A stretch of DNA of 59,089 nt, taken from positions 1-59,089 of the forward strand of contig CABXPU010000004.1 in NCBI GenBank assembly GCA_902514105.1. The letters run 5' to 3'. Source of the DNA: an uncultured SAR86 cluster bacterium. GTDB taxonomy: Bacteria > Pseudomonadota > Gammaproteobacteria > Magnimaribacterales > D2472. A model generated the notes under the pieces. It searched no databases and had not been told where the DNA came from. It was given only the letters and a program-made list of their open reading frames with translations. Positions 1 through 10,170 of this stretch are shown here, piece after piece; position 1 is the first letter of the stretch; each line of letters begins with the position of its first letter. The position numbers were made by a program, and so were the translations under genes.

Positions 1-853
1 TGACAATAAAGTCTTTAATTTCCGATCTAATAGCTTCTAACTGCTCAATACTAGTAGAATAAGTTAGATTGATTTTCCAATCTATTCTTCTATTAATAAT
101 TCCAGCATGATTTATAACGACAACATCAGATAAATCTTTATTTGGAATTATCATAGGAGAAGTATCAAATTGTCTTACAACAGTCGAGCGAAAACCAATG
201 GTGTCAACAATTCCATGGATTTTTCCACTTACCTGAATTCTATCTCCAGGTTGAAATCTATTCTCTCCAATTATTAGAATTCCAGCTATTAAATTTTTAA
301 AGAAATCTTGAGCTCCTAAAGCAACAGCGACAGAAAATAGTCCAAGACCTGCTACAAGAGGACCTATCTGTATACCAAAAATATCTAAAATAACTCCAAT
401 ACCTACAATCCAGACTATTGCGCGTGAAGCTCTTTCTAACCACATCTGCATTGAGGCCGTTAACCATGAGCTGGTAGATAAAGCTGCAAAAATAGGTTTT
501 ATGCTATTAGCTAAAGTACTAAAAATAGTAAAAACAACAAAAGCTTTAACAATATTTGAAGCAGCATCACCAATCACTCCTGACATAGGAAGAATAAGAG
601 TGATTATATATAAAGCAATAGTGACCGGCACTAATCCAAGAGGCCTTTTAAGAGCTAATAAGATTTCATCATCAACGTTAGATTCAGTCTTTGCAGCAAG
701 ACGTCCTATTGCATTTAAGACTATTGAAATAATAAAACCTCTAAACAGAAATGCTGCAAGTAATACAATAAATGAAATAATAATATCTGAAAGATTTATT
801 CCATAAAATCCTCTATTCCAAACATCACTTAACAAGCTAATAAAATTTTCCAT
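1..853 (-). CDS. MscS-family mechanosensitive channel (3' end outside window)
   Basis: Not in the ORF track because it runs off the edge. Manual translation from ATG at 853: MENFISLLSDVWNRG...PLVAGLGLFSVAVALGAQDFFKNLIAGILIIGENRFQPGDRIQV...GIVDTIGFRSTVVRQFD...IIPNKDL, the MscS TM3/beta-domain signature. Confidence 0.9.
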   Translation of the reverse strand, partial: MENFISLLSDVWNRGFYGINLSDIIISFIVLLAAFLFRGFIISIVLNAIGRLAAKTESNVDDEILLALKRPLGLVPVTIALYIITLILPMSGVIGDAASNIVKAFVVFTIFSTLANSIKPIFAALSTSSWLTASMQMWLERASRAIVWIVGIGVILDIFGIQIGPLVAGLGLFSVAVALGAQDFFKNLIAGILIIGENRFQPGDRIQVSGKIHGIVDTIGFRSTVVRQFDTSPMIIPNKDLSDVVVINHAGIINRRIDWKINLTYSTSIEQLEAIRSEIKDFIV

Positions 854-925
854 AAGCGTTTTTACCCTAATTACTTTCTTGTATTTTAAGTCTATTTGGG
901 TCTTTATAGCAAAGTTAGATAATTA

Positions 926-1897
926 TTATGCGATATATTGGTTAAATCTATTTTTAGAAATATTACCCCCTGACAGGATAATAAGATTTTTCTTGCCTTT
1001 AAATAAGCTTTTTGATTTCATAGCAGCAGCAAGACCAACTGCTCCAGAGGGCTCGAGAATAAAATTAAATTCTTCATAAGCAAATTTCATTGCATTTATT
1101 ACTGCCTCATCATTTACCGAAATACCTTTTACACCTAAATTATTGTTTATTTTAAATGTAATTTTGCCAGGAGAAGGGGATTCAAGAGCATCACATAATC
1201 CATGTTGCCTCTTTTTAAGAGTCAACCTCTTATTTTTCTTAAAAGACAATTCATGATCATTCCATTCCATAGGCTCTGCAGTATATATCTGACATTTTTT
1301 ATTAAAATGCTTTAACGCAATAGCTGAACCAGCAGTTAAGCCGCCACCACTTGCACAAATTACAGCTGAATCAAATTCTATGTTCTGATCTTTAATTAAA
1401 TTAATTGCTTCTAGAGCCGAAGTTCCTTGTCCGGCAATAATTTGAGCATCGTCAAATGGCTTTATTAATGTTCTGTTTTCATTTTCAGCAATATTTTGAC
1501 CTATCAATTCTCTATCATCATTCTGACGATCATAAAAAATAATTTTTGCTCCATATGATTTTGTTTTATCAATTTTGATTTTAGGAGCATCACTTGGCAT
1601 CACAATGATTGCAGATGTTTTTAGAATTTTTGCTGCACAAGCTACACCTTGAGCATGATTGCCAGATGAAAATGCAATAACACCATTTTTTAACTCTTCT
1701 TCACTTAGCAAGGTCATTGCAGACATAGCTCCTCTAAACTTAAATGAGCCGGTTCTTTGAAGCTGTTCAGGTTTAAGATAGATCTCAGCTTCCATAAGAG
1801 CATCTAACTTAACACTAGATACTAGTTCAGTTTTCTTTAGATATTTTGAAATTCTTAAATTTGCTAACTTAATATCTTCAATATCAACAAGCGACAT
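926..1897 (-). CDS. PLP-dependent threonine/serine dehydratase (no regulatory domain)
   Basis: QRTGSFKFRGA PLP-lysine motif, SSGNH, GGGL, EPSGA, SGGN; 323 aa without C-terminal ACT domains. Confidence 0.9.
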   Translation of the reverse strand: MSLVDIEDIKLANLRISKYLKKTELVSSVKLDALMEAEIYLKPEQLQRTGSFKFRGAMSAMTLLSEEELKNGVIAFSSGNHAQGVACAAKILKTSAIIVMPSDAPKIKIDKTKSYGAKIIFYDRQNDDRELIGQNIAENENRTLIKPFDDAQIIAGQGTSALEAINLIKDQNIEFDSAVICASGGGLTAGSAIALKHFNKKCQIYTAEPMEWNDHELSFKKNKRLTLKKRQHGLCDALESPSPGKITFKINNNLGVKGISVNDEAVINAMKFAYEEFNFILEPSGAVGLAAAMKSKSLFKGKKNLIILSGGNISKNRFNQYIA

Positions 1898-2617
1898 TTA
1901 GCTATTATTATTTAATTTATTTTTAATACCTATAGGTAAATATATTAAATAGAAAATGCTAACTGTCAGCAGCAATGAAGGAGGGATATGATAAGGAGGA
2001 TCAGGGAAAAGATTTAGAAGACTATCTCCATCAGGTTTAGCCATTAGATACCAAAAATTAGTAGTTCCGCCCGGAAAATCACCTAGAATAAGATTAATAA
2101 TATAAATAATTGGTAATAATATAAATACGGTAATTATCATTACTTGGTGAGTCTCCTTTAGCGTTGGAAGGTTTCCTAAAGTTAAGATTGCGTAGAATAC
2201 CGCTGCAACTATTAAACCATGACCTGCAAAAAAGAAAATATAATCAAGGTCACCCGCAATAGTTAAATCAGGAGTTAGTAGCGCCATAGTTGCTCCAGCT
2301 ATCCCCCAATAATAGGCTATATTGAATAATATTTTAGGGCCACCCAGTAAGAACCACGCCAGAATAATCTCTGAAAAATCACACATGTGAAGAGGCAACA
2401 CTTCTTTCCAATGATAGGGGTTTTCAAGTATAAATAGATCTTTATATGGACTCATTAAAGCATGAGCTATTAAAAGGTAGGCAATAATTCTTCCAACCTT
2501 ATCTTGGTCAAGATTGCTAGATCTATTTACCGTATAAGGCAGACCTAGAACTATTAGAAAAATAAGCGCAAGGGAGATTAAGTGTATTGTCCCAAACATT
2601 ACAAATGGCTCACCCAT
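1898..2617 (-). CDS. YwaF/TIGR02206-like integral membrane protein
   Basis: MFGxxH N-terminus, LPLHMCD, ALLTPDL, FFxGHG, NFWYL, SLLNLF motifs; multiple TM segments. Confidence 0.75.
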   Translation of the reverse strand: MGEPFVMFGTIHLISLALIFLIVLGLPYTVNRSSNLDQDKVGRIIAYLLIAHALMSPYKDLFILENPYHWKEVLPLHMCDFSEIILAWFLLGGPKILFNIAYYWGIAGATMALLTPDLTIAGDLDYIFFFAGHGLIVAAVFYAILTLGNLPTLKETHQVMIITVFILLPIIYIINLILGDFPGGTTNFWYLMAKPDGDSLLNLFPDPPYHIPPSLLLTVSIFYLIYLPIGIKNKLNNNS

Positions 2618-2711
2618 AATTTACAACCTTTAAAAGTGTTAATTATAAAAATAATAGTAATTTAAAGTATGTAAAAATGCTACTTTATTTAATTTTTATA
2701 GAAATACAAAC

Positions 2712-4670
2712 CTATAATGATTTAATTAAAAGATCTTCAGTTAAAATAGATGGAAGAATTTTAGTTTCCTCAAATCCAGGCTTCCAATATAAATATAAAG
2801 GCACTCCAGTTCTCTCATATTTATTTAAGAATAACAAAATATCATCGTTACGATTGGTCCAATCAATTTTGATATATTGAATATCGTTATCTTTTAGATA
2901 TTTTTTAACTGACGGCTTTGATAGCGCTAACTTTTCATTAGCTTGACAAGTTATGCACCAAGCAGCTGTAAAGTTAATTAAATAAGCTTGATTTTGGGTT
3001 TGGAATTTAGTCTCAATATCTTCTAGTCCAATATTTTGACTTGCTACAAAAACTTCATCATTTGACTCAATTTTATTGATCGAAAGAAGCTGAGAAATAA
3101 CAGCAAGGAGGATTAGAGTTAAAGAAAGTGTTTGAATATTTTTAGAAACATTTTTTGTATTTACCCAAAACATGAATGATATAAGAAGCATAGTTACAAT
3201 TAATACAATTAAACTATTTAAATTAGTTTGAAGGCTAAAAACCCATAACAGCCACAAAGCTGTTCCAAACATTGGTAATGCAAAAAATTGCTTTAAATAA
3301 TTCATCCATTGCCCAGGTTTAGGCATTCTTGATATTAGGCCAGGAAATAGAGCAAGGATTAAGTAGGGTAATGAAAAGCCAATTCCAAGAAATAGAAAAA
3401 TAGGTATTGTTATTGCTGAGGGTTGAAGTATTGCATAACCAATTGCAGCGCCCATAAAAGGAGCTGTGCAAGGTGATGCTACTATAACGGCCAATACTCC
3501 TGTATTAAACGAACTAACATAAGTAGTTTCATTATTACCTACAACACCAAGCCTGGTTAAGGAAGATCCAATATCTATATCTAATAGAAGTATTAAACCA
3601 ATAATTAACATCAGAATACAAAGAGAAGAAACTATTAGTGGAGATTGAAGCTGAAAACCCCACCCCACAATATTGCCAGTTTTTTGGAGCACCACAATTA
3701 ATAAAGCAATTGATATAAATGAAATTATTACTCCTAAACAGAAATTTAGTGCATGCAATCTTATTTTTGTATTTGAACTCCCTCCCATTGAAATAAAACT
3801 AAGAGCCTTAAGTGAGATAATAGGAAAAACACAGGGCATAAGATTTAAAATGAGTCCGCCTAAGAATGCAAAAATAATTGCTCTCCAAGTTGAGATAGAA
3901 TTTTTTTTAGAGACAGAAGAAATAATTGAATTATTTTTGATAATAAAAGATTTTTCATCAATTACTAGAACTCCTTCAATAGAATTTGGAGCTGAATCAA
4001 TAAGTGGAATTTCTAATACCCAATTATTATCTTCTCGCTGCAGATTCTGATCTGAATTATATATAAAGACATCTTTTTGGTTTGGATAAAAATAAATATC
4101 ATCAATCTTTTCATTAAACGAGAATCTAATTTCAATATTCTCATTATTGTGCACAACTATATTGGGTAAATTTATTTGAGGAACTTTATTTATCCATTTA
4201 TTTAATTCCTTATCTTTTTTAATCTTCCCAAGAGAAGTGACGATAGTTGCACTTTCAGGTATGCATACATCAGAACATATAAGAAATTCTATTGTTGCAT
4301 CAATATTAATATCATCATTAACATCATTCGCAAATAGTTCTAATGGAAATATCACAAAATTCTCATACCCAAATGTCATTAAAGGAGGGTATGGGATTTT
4401 ATGAGGAGCAGGATACATTACTTGGCTTATAGAATTGCCATTAGATATATCCCATTCAACCTCAATAGCGCCGCCAGAATCACCAGGGTTAAGCCAATAA
4501 GTATGCCAACCTTCATCCATATCCATCTTTATACCTAAATGGATTTTGTTTTGATTTTGATAATTATCAGCTTTGATTAATGATACCTCGGCATGGCCTG
4601 TATCTTGAGGCATTGCATTAATTAGACTGCTTAAAAATAAGCTAAATACAAATAAGTACTTCAATTTCAT
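2712..4670 (-). CDS. dsbD: DsbD-family protein-disulfide reductase
   Basis: GWHTYWLNPGDSG and CSDVC in N-domain; LNLMPCVFP and ASPCTAP in TM domain; FTAAWCITC thioredoxin domain. Confidence 0.9.
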   Translation of the reverse strand: MKLKYLFVFSLFLSSLINAMPQDTGHAEVSLIKADNYQNQNKIHLGIKMDMDEGWHTYWLNPGDSGGAIEVEWDISNGNSISQVMYPAPHKIPYPPLMTFGYENFVIFPLELFANDVNDDINIDATIEFLICSDVCIPESATIVTSLGKIKKDKELNKWINKVPQINLPNIVVHNNENIEIRFSFNEKIDDIYFYPNQKDVFIYNSDQNLQREDNNWVLEIPLIDSAPNSIEGVLVIDEKSFIIKNNSIISSVSKKNSISTWRAIIFAFLGGLILNLMPCVFPIISLKALSFISMGGSSNTKIRLHALNFCLGVIISFISIALLIVVLQKTGNIVGWGFQLQSPLIVSSLCILMLIIGLILLLDIDIGSSLTRLGVVGNNETTYVSSFNTGVLAVIVASPCTAPFMGAAIGYAILQPSAITIPIFLFLGIGFSLPYLILALFPGLISRMPKPGQWMNYLKQFFALPMFGTALWLLWVFSLQTNLNSLIVLIVTMLLISFMFWVNTKNVSKNIQTLSLTLILLAVISQLLSINKIESNDEVFVASQNIGLEDIETKFQTQNQAYLINFTAAWCITCQANEKLALSKPSVKKYLKDNDIQYIKIDWTNRNDDILLFLNKYERTGVPLYLYWKPGFEETKILPSILTEDLLIKSL

Positions 4671-4693
4671 AATGATATGTTACATGAGTCTAC

Positions 4694-4720
4694 AAAAAAG
4701 GGGGCGTCAAACACCCCCTA
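4694..4720 (-). terminator. Rho-independent terminator of hsp20
   Basis: Minus strand AGGGGGTGTTTGACGCCCCCTTTTTT: GC-rich stem plus U tract just after the hsp20 stop. Confidence 0.8.
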
Positions 4721-4740
4721 TAATAGTTAACTATTATAAA

Positions 4741-5196
4741 TTATTTCTTACCTAATATTTTTTTAGGTGTTTTAATCTCAATAGTTCTTGGTTTCTTTTC
4801 TTCTGGAATAATTTTCTCTAAATTAATAGTTAATAAACCATTAATAAGATCTGCTCCATTTACAACAACATTTTCAGCTAGTGTGAATTGTTGTTTAAAT
4901 GCTCTTTGAGCTATTCCTTGATAGACAACTTCGTTGTCATCATTAACTATCTCAGCATTTGGACCTTCATGGCTTACAGATAATGTGCCATCGGTCAATT
5001 CTATTATTAGATCATTTTTTGATAATCCAGCAACAGCTATTTCAATAGTTATATTATTGCCATCTCTTCGGATGTTATATGGTGGATAGTTTGTAGATCT
5101 TTCAGAAGATTCTGAAAGTCTTTGCAATCTATCAAACAATGGTTCAAAACCCAATACACGTGTTGTGAAAAATGGATCAGTAAAGTTAAGTATCAT
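4741..5196 (-). CDS. ibpA: Small heat shock protein Hsp20 (IbpA-like)
   Basis: NYPPYNI, IEIAVAG, YQGIAQRAF, NGLLTI, IPEEKKPRTIEI motifs. Confidence 0.9.
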   Translation of the reverse strand: MILNFTDPFFTTRVLGFEPLFDRLQRLSESSERSTNYPPYNIRRDGNNITIEIAVAGLSKNDLIIELTDGTLSVSHEGPNAEIVNDDNEVVYQGIAQRAFKQQFTLAENVVVNGADLINGLLTINLEKIIPEEKKPRTIEIKTPKKILGKK

Positions 5197-5276
5197 AATA
5201 GTCCTCCTTTTAAGCGACTAGTTTTGCACCCCTAAGGCATGCTTATTAAAATATGTAGACCCTTATGGCATCTACA
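5197..5276 (-). ncRNA. ROSE-like RNA thermometer in hsp20 5' UTR (three hairpins)
   Basis: The start-proximal hairpin UAGUCGCUUAAAAGGAGGACUA pairs a UCGCU motif (bulged G) with the AGGAG Shine-Dalgarno. Two further hairpins lie at 5226-5242 and 5254-5276. Confidence 0.75.
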
Positions 5277-5282
5277 AGACTT

Positions 5283-5310
5283 ATTTATGGCATTTTCTTT
5301 TTATTTCAAG
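5283..5310 (-). promoter_or_regulatory. sigma32 (RpoH) promoter of hsp20
   Basis: Minus strand CTTGAA-ataaaaagaaaat-GCCATAAAT resembles the CTTGAA-N13/14-CCCCATNT consensus. Confidence 0.7.
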
Positions 5311-5385
5311 TTATTTTTCTTAATAAATATATTATGATTAAGTTACCTAAATGAACTTAATAAAAAAACATTAGTCAAAGATAAT

Positions 5386-5784
5386 ATGAGATTTTTACTT
5401 TTAATAGCTTGTTTAATAATTCCTTATGAAGGCTTTGCCGATGAAGCAGAAGCTAAAGAAGTTAATCCCGGTGAGGTATGGATTCTTAAATCAACATCAG
5501 GCAATGGAATGATGAATGGTGGCGAGGTTCTTTATCTAATGCCAAATAATGCTTATGAAACATATAGAAGCAGAAGATTTGATGACTGGAATCAGTTCTC
5601 TATGGTTGATACAAGAAATTTAGTTAAATTAAGAAGGGGATATGAAGTTGAAATACTTGAAGGTCTTTATCAAGACGAGATCTATAAAGTTAAACTCTTA
5701 AGCGGCAATAACAAAGGAAGAAAATATTTTGTTATAACAGAAGACTTATTAAAAAAATATAATTTAAAGGAAGAAGAAAAATGA
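5386..5784 (+). CDS. Secreted hypothetical protein, possible SH3-like beta domain
   Basis: Signal peptide MRFLLLIACLIIPYEGFA; C-terminal LRRGYEVEILE...YKVKLLSGNNKGRKYFV pattern resembles bacterial SH3; 4-nt overlap with the next gene. Confidence 0.6.
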   Translation: MRFLLLIACLIIPYEGFADEAEAKEVNPGEVWILKSTSGNGMMNGGEVLYLMPNNAYETYRSRRFDDWNQFSMVDTRNLVKLRRGYEVEILEGLYQDEIYKVKLLSGNNKGRKYFVITEDLLKKYNLKEEEK

Positions 5785-6248
5785 AGAATTTTATATTACC
5801 TATACTAGTATCTATTTTTATTATTAGTAGTTGTTCAACTGCTTCGCTTAGACCGGATGTTGTTGATAGATCATCTGCTCAAAAAGCTCAATACGTAATA
5901 TTTGGAGTTATTAAAGATATTACCAAGGTTACTATTGAAGGAGATAGATCTCTTGGATCAGCTGCAGGAGCAGCGATAGGTGGAGATATGGGTGCTGATA
6001 ATAATAAAGCTCCAGTTGCTGCTGGAATTGTTGGTGCATTAATTGGCTCAAAAGTAGGAGCAGAAATTGGTAGCTCAATGACTAAAATGGAAGGTCTAGA
6101 AATATTAATAGAGACTGATGCTGGGAAATATATCTCAATTATCCAAGAGGAATCGGACATAAAATTTCAACCAGGCCAAGCTGTGCAAATTGTTAAGTCT
6201 GGAGGTAAATCAAGAGTCTTACCTAGAAGTGAAAAGAGTTACTTTTAA
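5781..6248 (+). CDS. SlyB/Pcp-like glycine-zipper outer membrane lipoprotein
   Basis: Lipobox IISSC; GSAAGAAIGG...AGIVGALIG glycine zipper; ISIIQE...FQPGQAVQI C-terminus. Confidence 0.8.
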   Translation: MKNFILPILVSIFIISSCSTASLRPDVVDRSSAQKAQYVIFGVIKDITKVTIEGDRSLGSAAGAAIGGDMGADNNKAPVAAGIVGALIGSKVGAEIGSSMTKMEGLEILIETDAGKYISIIQEESDIKFQPGQAVQIVKSGGKSRVLPRSEKSYF

Positions 6249-6276
6249 CTTTATCAAAAGCTAGATTAATTAGTTA

Positions 6277-6729
6277 ATGAGTGACAATCTTTACAAAGAT
6301 ATATACAACAAAGGTCTAGACATAATCTCAAGAAGAGAACATTCAAAAAAAGAAGTATTTAATAAACTATCTAGTAAATTTAAATCTGAGGAAGTTATAA
6401 ATTCTGCTTTATTAAAGTTAGAAGAAAATAACTTAATAAACGATTTAAGATTTGCAGAAATGTATACAATAAGCAGAAAAAATAAAGGCTTTGGTCCCAA
6501 AAGAGTTGCTTACGAATTAAGTATTAAAGGTGTTAATGACAGCATTATTGCTAAAGTTATTAATCCAGATGAAGGTTGGATTGAAGTGGCTAGAAATGTC
6601 TTTAATAAAAAATTTAAATCCGGTCCTGCATCAGACTTTAAAGCAAGCATGAAACAAAAAACATTTATGAAAAATAGAGGGTTCAGTTTTAAAGAAATTG
6701 AATCAGTTATGAAGCAGGACATGTTATGA
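6277..6729 (+). CDS. recX: Recombination regulator RecX
   Basis: SRREHSKKE, INDLRFAE, GFGPKRVAYELSIKGV, NRGFS motifs. Confidence 0.9.
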   Translation: MSDNLYKDIYNKGLDIISRREHSKKEVFNKLSSKFKSEEVINSALLKLEENNLINDLRFAEMYTISRKNKGFGPKRVAYELSIKGVNDSIIAKVINPDEGWIEVARNVFNKKFKSGPASDFKASMKQKTFMKNRGFSFKEIESVMKQDML

Positions 6730-6738
6730 TTTATCGCT

Positions 6739-8316
6739 ATGTCTTATCAGGTTTTAGCTCGAAAATATCGACCAAATAACTTCAAGGAAGTTGTTGGACA
6801 AGAGCACGTTGTAAAAGCACTTAGCAACAGTATTTCTCAAGATAGAATTCATCAAGCATATTTATTAGCAGGAACTAGAGGTGTAGGTAAAACAACAATT
6901 GCTAGAATTCTTGCAAAGTGTCTAAATTGTTCATCTAAAGAAACCCCCGTAGAAAATCCATGCGATCAATGCTCAGCCTGTGAAGAAATAAAGACAGGCA
7001 GACATCTAGACTTTTTAGAAATTGATGCAGCATCGAGAACAGGTGTTGATGATATGAGAGAATTAATTGAGAATGCTCAATACAAACCTAGCAATAGCTT
7101 TTACAAGATTTATTTAATAGATGAAGTTCACATGCTATCAAAATCTAGTTTTAATGCTTTATTAAAAACTCTTGAGGAGCCACCAGAGCATGTAGTTTTT
7201 ATTTTTGCTACAACCGATCCTGACAGAATTCCTAAAACAGTTTTATCAAGATGCTTACAGTTAAATCTTAAGACGGTATCTAAAAAACTATTAGTTGAAC
7301 ATTTATCATTAATTTTAAAAAATGAAGGCATATCAGCTGAGCCAGAAGGTATTGAATTAATAGCAGGTAGCGCTAATGGTTCTGTAAGAGATGCTCTCAC
7401 TTTATTGGATCAGGCAATAGCTCATGGAGCTGGATCTATTATTCTTGATGAGGTTAAGTCGCTGCTTGGAACAATTGATAATTCATATCTATATGAATTG
7501 ATGCATTCAGTAATATCTGGAGATGGAGAAAATACATTCAATCACCTAGAGTCAATTGCAGAACTTAATCCAGAATATGATTTTATTTTACAAAGTATTA
7601 TTTCTATTTTGCATCAGATTTCTCTTGAACAGGTAATAGGTAATTCAGAATTAGAAGAAATTAAACAATTATCATCGACATTAGACCCACAATTTTGCCA
7701 GTTGTTATATGAGATTGCTGTTAATGCTTTTTCACAATTTCATGTTCATCCAAATCCAAAAGAAGCTTTAGAAATATGTGTATTGAGAATGTTAGCTTTT
7801 AATCCCATTGGGGATATTTCTATTAAAGAAGGTGATCCCTCTGGAATTGAAAAAAAAAATAAAGAAGTAAAGCTAACAAAAAATGAACCTCAGCTAGTTA
7901 CACCAAAAGAAAAAGAAGATCTTACACTAGAAATTCAATCATTTATGCAATGGAATAAAATTTATGAATCTATGGATTTAAGTCCTTTTGCAAAGGCTAT
8001 TTTTGGCAATCTTGAATTTCTAGGCCATAAAAAATCTCTAATAAGCTTACAAGGAGATACAGACAAGTCAGCTATACCTGAGAAAGTATTTAAAGAATTT
8101 CAAGATGAATGCTCTAGCTACTTTGGGTTAAAGATCACTATTAAAATTGAAAAAGGATCATCGAAGAAAAGTCCTTTAAGCATTGCAAATACTGAAGATT
8201 TAAAAAAAGAATCTTCAGCGAAATCATCTATTGCTAATGATTCAGGAATTCAAGATATTATTAAAAAATTTAATGGTAAGATTCAAAGTGGATCTATCAA
8301 ATCTATAGATAAATGA
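6739..8316 (+). CDS. dnaX: DNA polymerase III subunit gamma/tau
   Basis: MSYQVLARKYRP, GTRGVGKT Walker A, Zn cysteines, EIDAAS, DEVHML, SRC motif. Confidence 0.97.
   Translation: MSYQVLARKYRPNNFKEVVGQEHVVKALSNSISQDRIHQAYLLAGTRGVGKTTIARILAKCLNCSSKETPVENPCDQCSACEEIKTGRHLDFLEIDAASRTGVDDMRELIENAQYKPSNSFYKIYLIDEVHMLSKSSFNALLKTLEEPPEHVVFIFATTDPDRIPKTVLSRCLQLNLKTVSKKLLVEHLSLILKNEGISAEPEGIELIAGSANGSVRDALTLLDQAIAHGAGSIILDEVKSLLGTIDNSYLYELMHSVISGDGENTFNHLESIAELNPEYDFILQSIISILHQISLEQVIGNSELEEIKQLSSTLDPQFCQLLYEIAVNAFSQFHVHPNPKEALEICVLRMLAFNPIGDISIKEGDPSGIEKKNKEVKLTKNEPQLVTPKEKEDLTLEIQSFMQWNKIYESMDLSPFAKAIFGNLEFLGHKKSLISLQGDTDKSAIPEKVFKEFQDECSSYFGLKITIKIEKGSSKKSPLSIANTEDLKKESSAKSSIANDSGIQDIIKKFNGKIQSGSIKSIDK
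7849..7870 (+). other. A10 slippage run in dnaX, with nearby stops in both alternative frames
   Basis: G AAAAAAAAAA TAAAGAAGTAA at codons 371-374, just after domain III. Confidence 0.6.
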
Positions 8317-8900
8317 ATAAAGATTTATTAAAAGACTTAATACAAGCTTTAACTATATTGCCTGGTGTTGGAAAGAAATCAGCGCAACGTATGGCTTTAT
8401 ACTTATTAGACAAAAATAAAGATGGTGCTAAGTTAATGGCTTCGACATTATTAGAAGCTGTAGATAAAATTTCTAGATGCAATAGATGCAGAATGTTAAC
8501 TTCAAATGATCTATGTAGAGTGTGCGCAGATATATCTAGAGACGATAAAAGTATTTGTATTGTTGAATCACCATCCGATGTTTTGGCTATTGAATCTACT
8601 GGAGGCTATAAAGGTAAATATTTTGTCCTTTTAGGAAGATTATCTCCTATAGAGGGTGTTGGGCCTGAGGATTTAGGTATCGATGACTTACTTGTTTTAA
8701 TTGAATCAGAATCTGTTGAAGAGCTAATACTTGCTACAAGCTCAACAGTTGAGGGAGATGCAACTAGTATGTATATAAAGGATCACATACCTAACATTAA
8801 AGTTTCTAGAATTTCATATGGCATACCAATTGGCGGCGAGTTAGAGTATGTTGATAGCAATACTATAGCCCAAGCAATCCAAGGAAGGACGGAAGTATAA
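8313..8900 (+). CDS. recR: Recombination mediator RecR
   Basis: [11 protein letters not shown] HhH, CxxC-CxxC zinc finger, [21 protein letters not shown]. Confidence 0.96.
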   Translation: MNKDLLKDLIQALTILPGVGKKSAQRMALYLLDKNKDGAKLMASTLLEAVDKISRCNRCRMLTSNDLCRVCADISRDDKSICIVESPSDVLAIESTGGYKGKYFVLLGRLSPIEGVGPEDLGIDDLLVLIESESVEELILATSSTVEGDATSMYIKDHIPNIKVSRISYGIPIGGELEYVDSNTIAQAIQGRTEV

Positions 8901-8901
8901 G

Positions 8902-9471
8902 ATGAGCATTAAATCTGATAAATGGATAAAAAAGATGTCGTTAGATCATAATATGATCAAACCATTTTCTGAAAATCAAGTTAGATTAGATGAATCTGGT
9001 AATAAACTTATCTCATATGGGGTATCAAGTTTTGGTTATGATGTTAGGTGTTCAGATGAGTTTAAAGTTTTTACCAACATTCACTCTGTAACCGTTGATC
9101 CTAAAAACTTTGATGATAATAGTTTTATTGATATTAAATCTGACGTATGTGTTATTCCTCCGAATTGCTTTGCTTTAGCAAGAACGGTTGAGTATTTTAA
9201 GATTCCAAGAAATGTTCTAACTATTTGTCTAGGTAAATCTACTTATGCAAGATGTGGGATTATTGTTAACGTTACGCCATTGGAGCCTGAATGGGAGGGG
9301 CATGTTACCTTAGAATTCTCTAATACAACCAATCTTCCGGCTAAAATATATGCAGGAGAGGGTGTTGCTCAAATGATTTTCTTTGAATCTGATGAAGATT
9401 GCGAAACTAGCTATAAAGATAGAGATGGAAAATATCAAGGTCAGACAGGAGTTACTTTACCCAAGACTTAA
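8902..9471 (+). CDS. dcd: dCTP deaminase
   Basis: [47 protein letters not shown]. Confidence 0.96.
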   Translation: MSIKSDKWIKKMSLDHNMIKPFSENQVRLDESGNKLISYGVSSFGYDVRCSDEFKVFTNIHSVTVDPKNFDDNSFIDIKSDVCVIPPNCFALARTVEYFKIPRNVLTICLGKSTYARCGIIVNVTPLEPEWEGHVTLEFSNTTNLPAKIYAGEGVAQMIFFESDEDCETSYKDRDGKYQGQTGVTLPKT

Positions 9472-10170
9472 AATATTTTGTAATTTTAATATTTGAGTTC
9501 CTTCAGAACCAATATCAAGCACTTCTAAAATTAAAAAACCTAACTCGGGAACTAGATGGTATTCAGTAATTCTTGAATCTTGCTCTCTAACCCTTTTTAT
9601 AACCACTGAGTCATAAACAGAGTCCTTAAATTCATATTTGCTCATTTTAGAAAACTTATATGTATTAACTTCTATATCTCCACTTCGGATATCTTGCAAA
9701 GCTATTTGAAAAGAATCGAAATTATTTGAATCAAGCATTTTTTTAACATTAAATCGCATCTCAACTTGAGCATTTAAAGGGTCCAAAATATTAAAATCTC
9801 CATCGTAAGATTTCTCCCATTCGTTCATGCCGTATGATTTGATAATCTTATTAGCATTATCAAATTCAATAGTTTGGTTTCTTCTAATAAGTAATGCCCT
9901 AACATTTGCAGTATATTTTTGAGATAAAACAGAACCATTTTTAATATCGAATGCAGATTCAAAAAACAATTTAACAACACTGGTTTTAGCATTGAAGGTT
10001 ATTATTTTGATATTATTTTTAGATGAAAGTTCTCTGATGCCGGTGACAGAGAATTTATCAGTTTCAAACAAGTATTCTGCTTTATAGTCTTTTACATCTT
10101 CAGCATTAGCTAAAAAAGAGGAAAAAAACAAAGCAATTATTAGTAATCTAGAAATCATAATTTTCATCAA
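9457..10170 (-). CDS. Exported protein, DUF3108-like
   Basis: Signal peptide; LDPL motif; position downstream of purN matches the usual gammaproteobacterial arrangement. Confidence 0.55.
   Translation of the reverse strand: MMKIMISRLLIIALFFSSFLANAEDVKDYKAEYLFETDKFSVTGIRELSSKNNIKIITFNAKTSVVKLFFESAFDIKNGSVLSQKYTANVRALLIRRNQTIEFDNANKIIKSYGMNEWEKSYDGDFNILDPLNAQVEMRFNVKKMLDSNNFDSFQIALQDIRSGDIEVNTYKFSKMSKYEFKDSVYDSVVIKRVREQDSRITEYHLVPELGFLILEVLDIGSEGTQILKLQNILSLG

Noticed and set aside
501-806. Plus-strand 101-aa ORF and the other short ORFs nested in long genes
   Set aside because: Shadow frames of recognisable genes (here MscS on the minus strand), with no motifs or SDs.
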